DNA of 37,496 nt, from contig JAZDMQ010000077.1 of the NCBI GenBank assembly GCA_043800755.1, positions 1-37,496 of the forward strand, read 5' to 3'. The notes below the pieces were generated by a model. That model searched no databases. It was not told where the DNA came from and saw nothing but the letters and a program-made list of their open reading frames with translations. The DNA is from a bacterium. Its GTDB lineage: Bacteria > Methylomirabilota > Methylomirabilia > CAVQYV01. Below are positions 36,720-37,496 of this stretch, piece after piece; position 1 is the stretch's first letter, and each line of letters starts with the position of its first letter. A program made the position numbers and the translations under genes.

Positions 36720-37496
36720 ATGAAGAAGAGTCGTTCGCTCCGATGGGCGCCGTCTTGTCTCGGCAGAGAAAGATCCTTTCGAGGTCCTCGTCCTCCCTGG
36801 TGTTTCTCTGCCTCCGCATGGGTCTTCCTCCTTCTCCTCTTCATTTCACTTGCCGCCTTCCCCTCCTCCGCCCAGGAGCGAGCCTCCACCGGCTCCGGCT
36901 TCCTGGTGGATCCCAACGGCTATCTCCTCACCGCCGCCCATGTGGTGGAAGGGGCCGCCTTTATCGAGGTGAGGCTGAAGGACAAAAGGATTCTGCCGGC
37001 CACCATCCTATCTCTTGACAAGGATCACGACCTGGCCTTGCTCAAAGTGGAGGCCACCAATCTCCCCTTCCTTCCCATCGGCAACTCCAATGCCATGAAA
37101 GTCCAGGATGAAGCATGGGCCATGGGCTTTCCCTTTGGGCCCGCCTTGGGGGAGGAAGTAACGGTGACCAAGGGCAGCCTCACGGCCATCCGCTCCCACC
37201 AGGCCAGAAGACTCTTTCAGGTGGATGCCGCCATCAATCCGGGCAATAGCGGTGGACCTCTGGTCGACAACCGGGGCCAGGTGATCGGGGTCGTCCACGC
37301 CAAGCTCGGGGTTCGGGCAGGACAGGAGTTCGGGATCACACCCATCCCCGAGGGGATCGGCTTTGCCGTCCCCATCAGCTTCGGCCTCCCCCTCCTCGCT
37401 TCCATCCCCGACTTCGACCTCGCGGCCTTAGGCAAGTCCAAGCCCATCCTCAAGGGCACGGAGATCGCGGAGAAGGCCATGCCCGCCGTAGTCCAG
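36720..37496 (+). CDS. Secreted trypsin-like (S1C/HtrA-type) serine protease, runs off the window
   Basis: Manual translation from ATG 36720 (GGAGG RBS): signal-like segment ending SSA-QE, GSGF, LTAAHVV (His), DLALLK (Asp), INPGNSGGPL (Ser). Open to the window end, so absent from the ORF track. Confidence 0.92.
   Translation, partial: MKKSRSLRWAPSCLGRERSFRGPRPPWCFSASAWVFLLLLFISLAAFPSSAQERASTGSGFLVDPNGYLLTAAHVVEGAAFIEVRLKDKRILPATILSLDKDHDLALLKVEATNLPFLPIGNSNAMKVQDEAWAMGFPFGPALGEEVTVTKGSLTAIRSHQARRLFQVDAAINPGNSGGPLVDNRGQVIGVVHAKLGVRAGQEFGITPIPEGIGFAVPISFGLPLLASIPDFDLAALGKSKPILKGTEIAEKAMPAVVQ

Noticed and set aside
36404..37018. 204-aa ORF across the structured intergenic region
   Set aside because: Low-complexity translation of palindromic DNA, overlapping the real protease in another frame.

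Overview
A gene-dense, GC-rich bacterial chromosomal window with about 37 coding sequences and no rRNA, tRNA or CRISPR array that I could see; the ferredoxin-dependent enzymes suggest an anaerobe or microaerophile. Left part (minus strand): a PAS-domain gene fused in frame to an internally deleted cupin-like gene, a Mesh1-like HD hydrolase, glnS, and a RAYT-type HUH (Y1) transposase plus mscL that are together bracketed by a 22-bp inverted repeat. Middle part: housekeeping, stress and proteolysis genes (flavin-binding protein, ogt, 2-hydroxyacid dehydrogenase with a strongly structured leader, OsmC, PEGA-FGE protein, macrodomain plus a degenerate proteasome-beta-like protein, C-GCAxxG-C-C protein, SDH Clp-fold protease, rhomboid). 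These are followed by a translationally coupled abfD - small Cys protein - porCDAB operon, a signal-peptide RraA-family protein, a REC-PAS-GAF protein ending in a His-less HisKA stub, a TPR protein, and a UroD-family gene with a variant split transketolase. Right part: PfkB kinase, cytoplasmic GGT, and a roughly 10-kb plus-strand catabolic-looking cluster (SSS symporter, two small genes, two Zn dehydrogenases, enolase-superfamily enzyme, stand-alone panB, second split transketolase, creatininase-family hydrolase), then a structured intergenic region and a truncated secreted trypsin-like protease. The best candidates for something undescribed are the panB/transketolase catabolic cluster, the abfD-por operon, the IR-bounded RAYT-mscL unit and the switch-like leader at 6969-7070. 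All family calls come from motif recognition by eye; no database searches were run.
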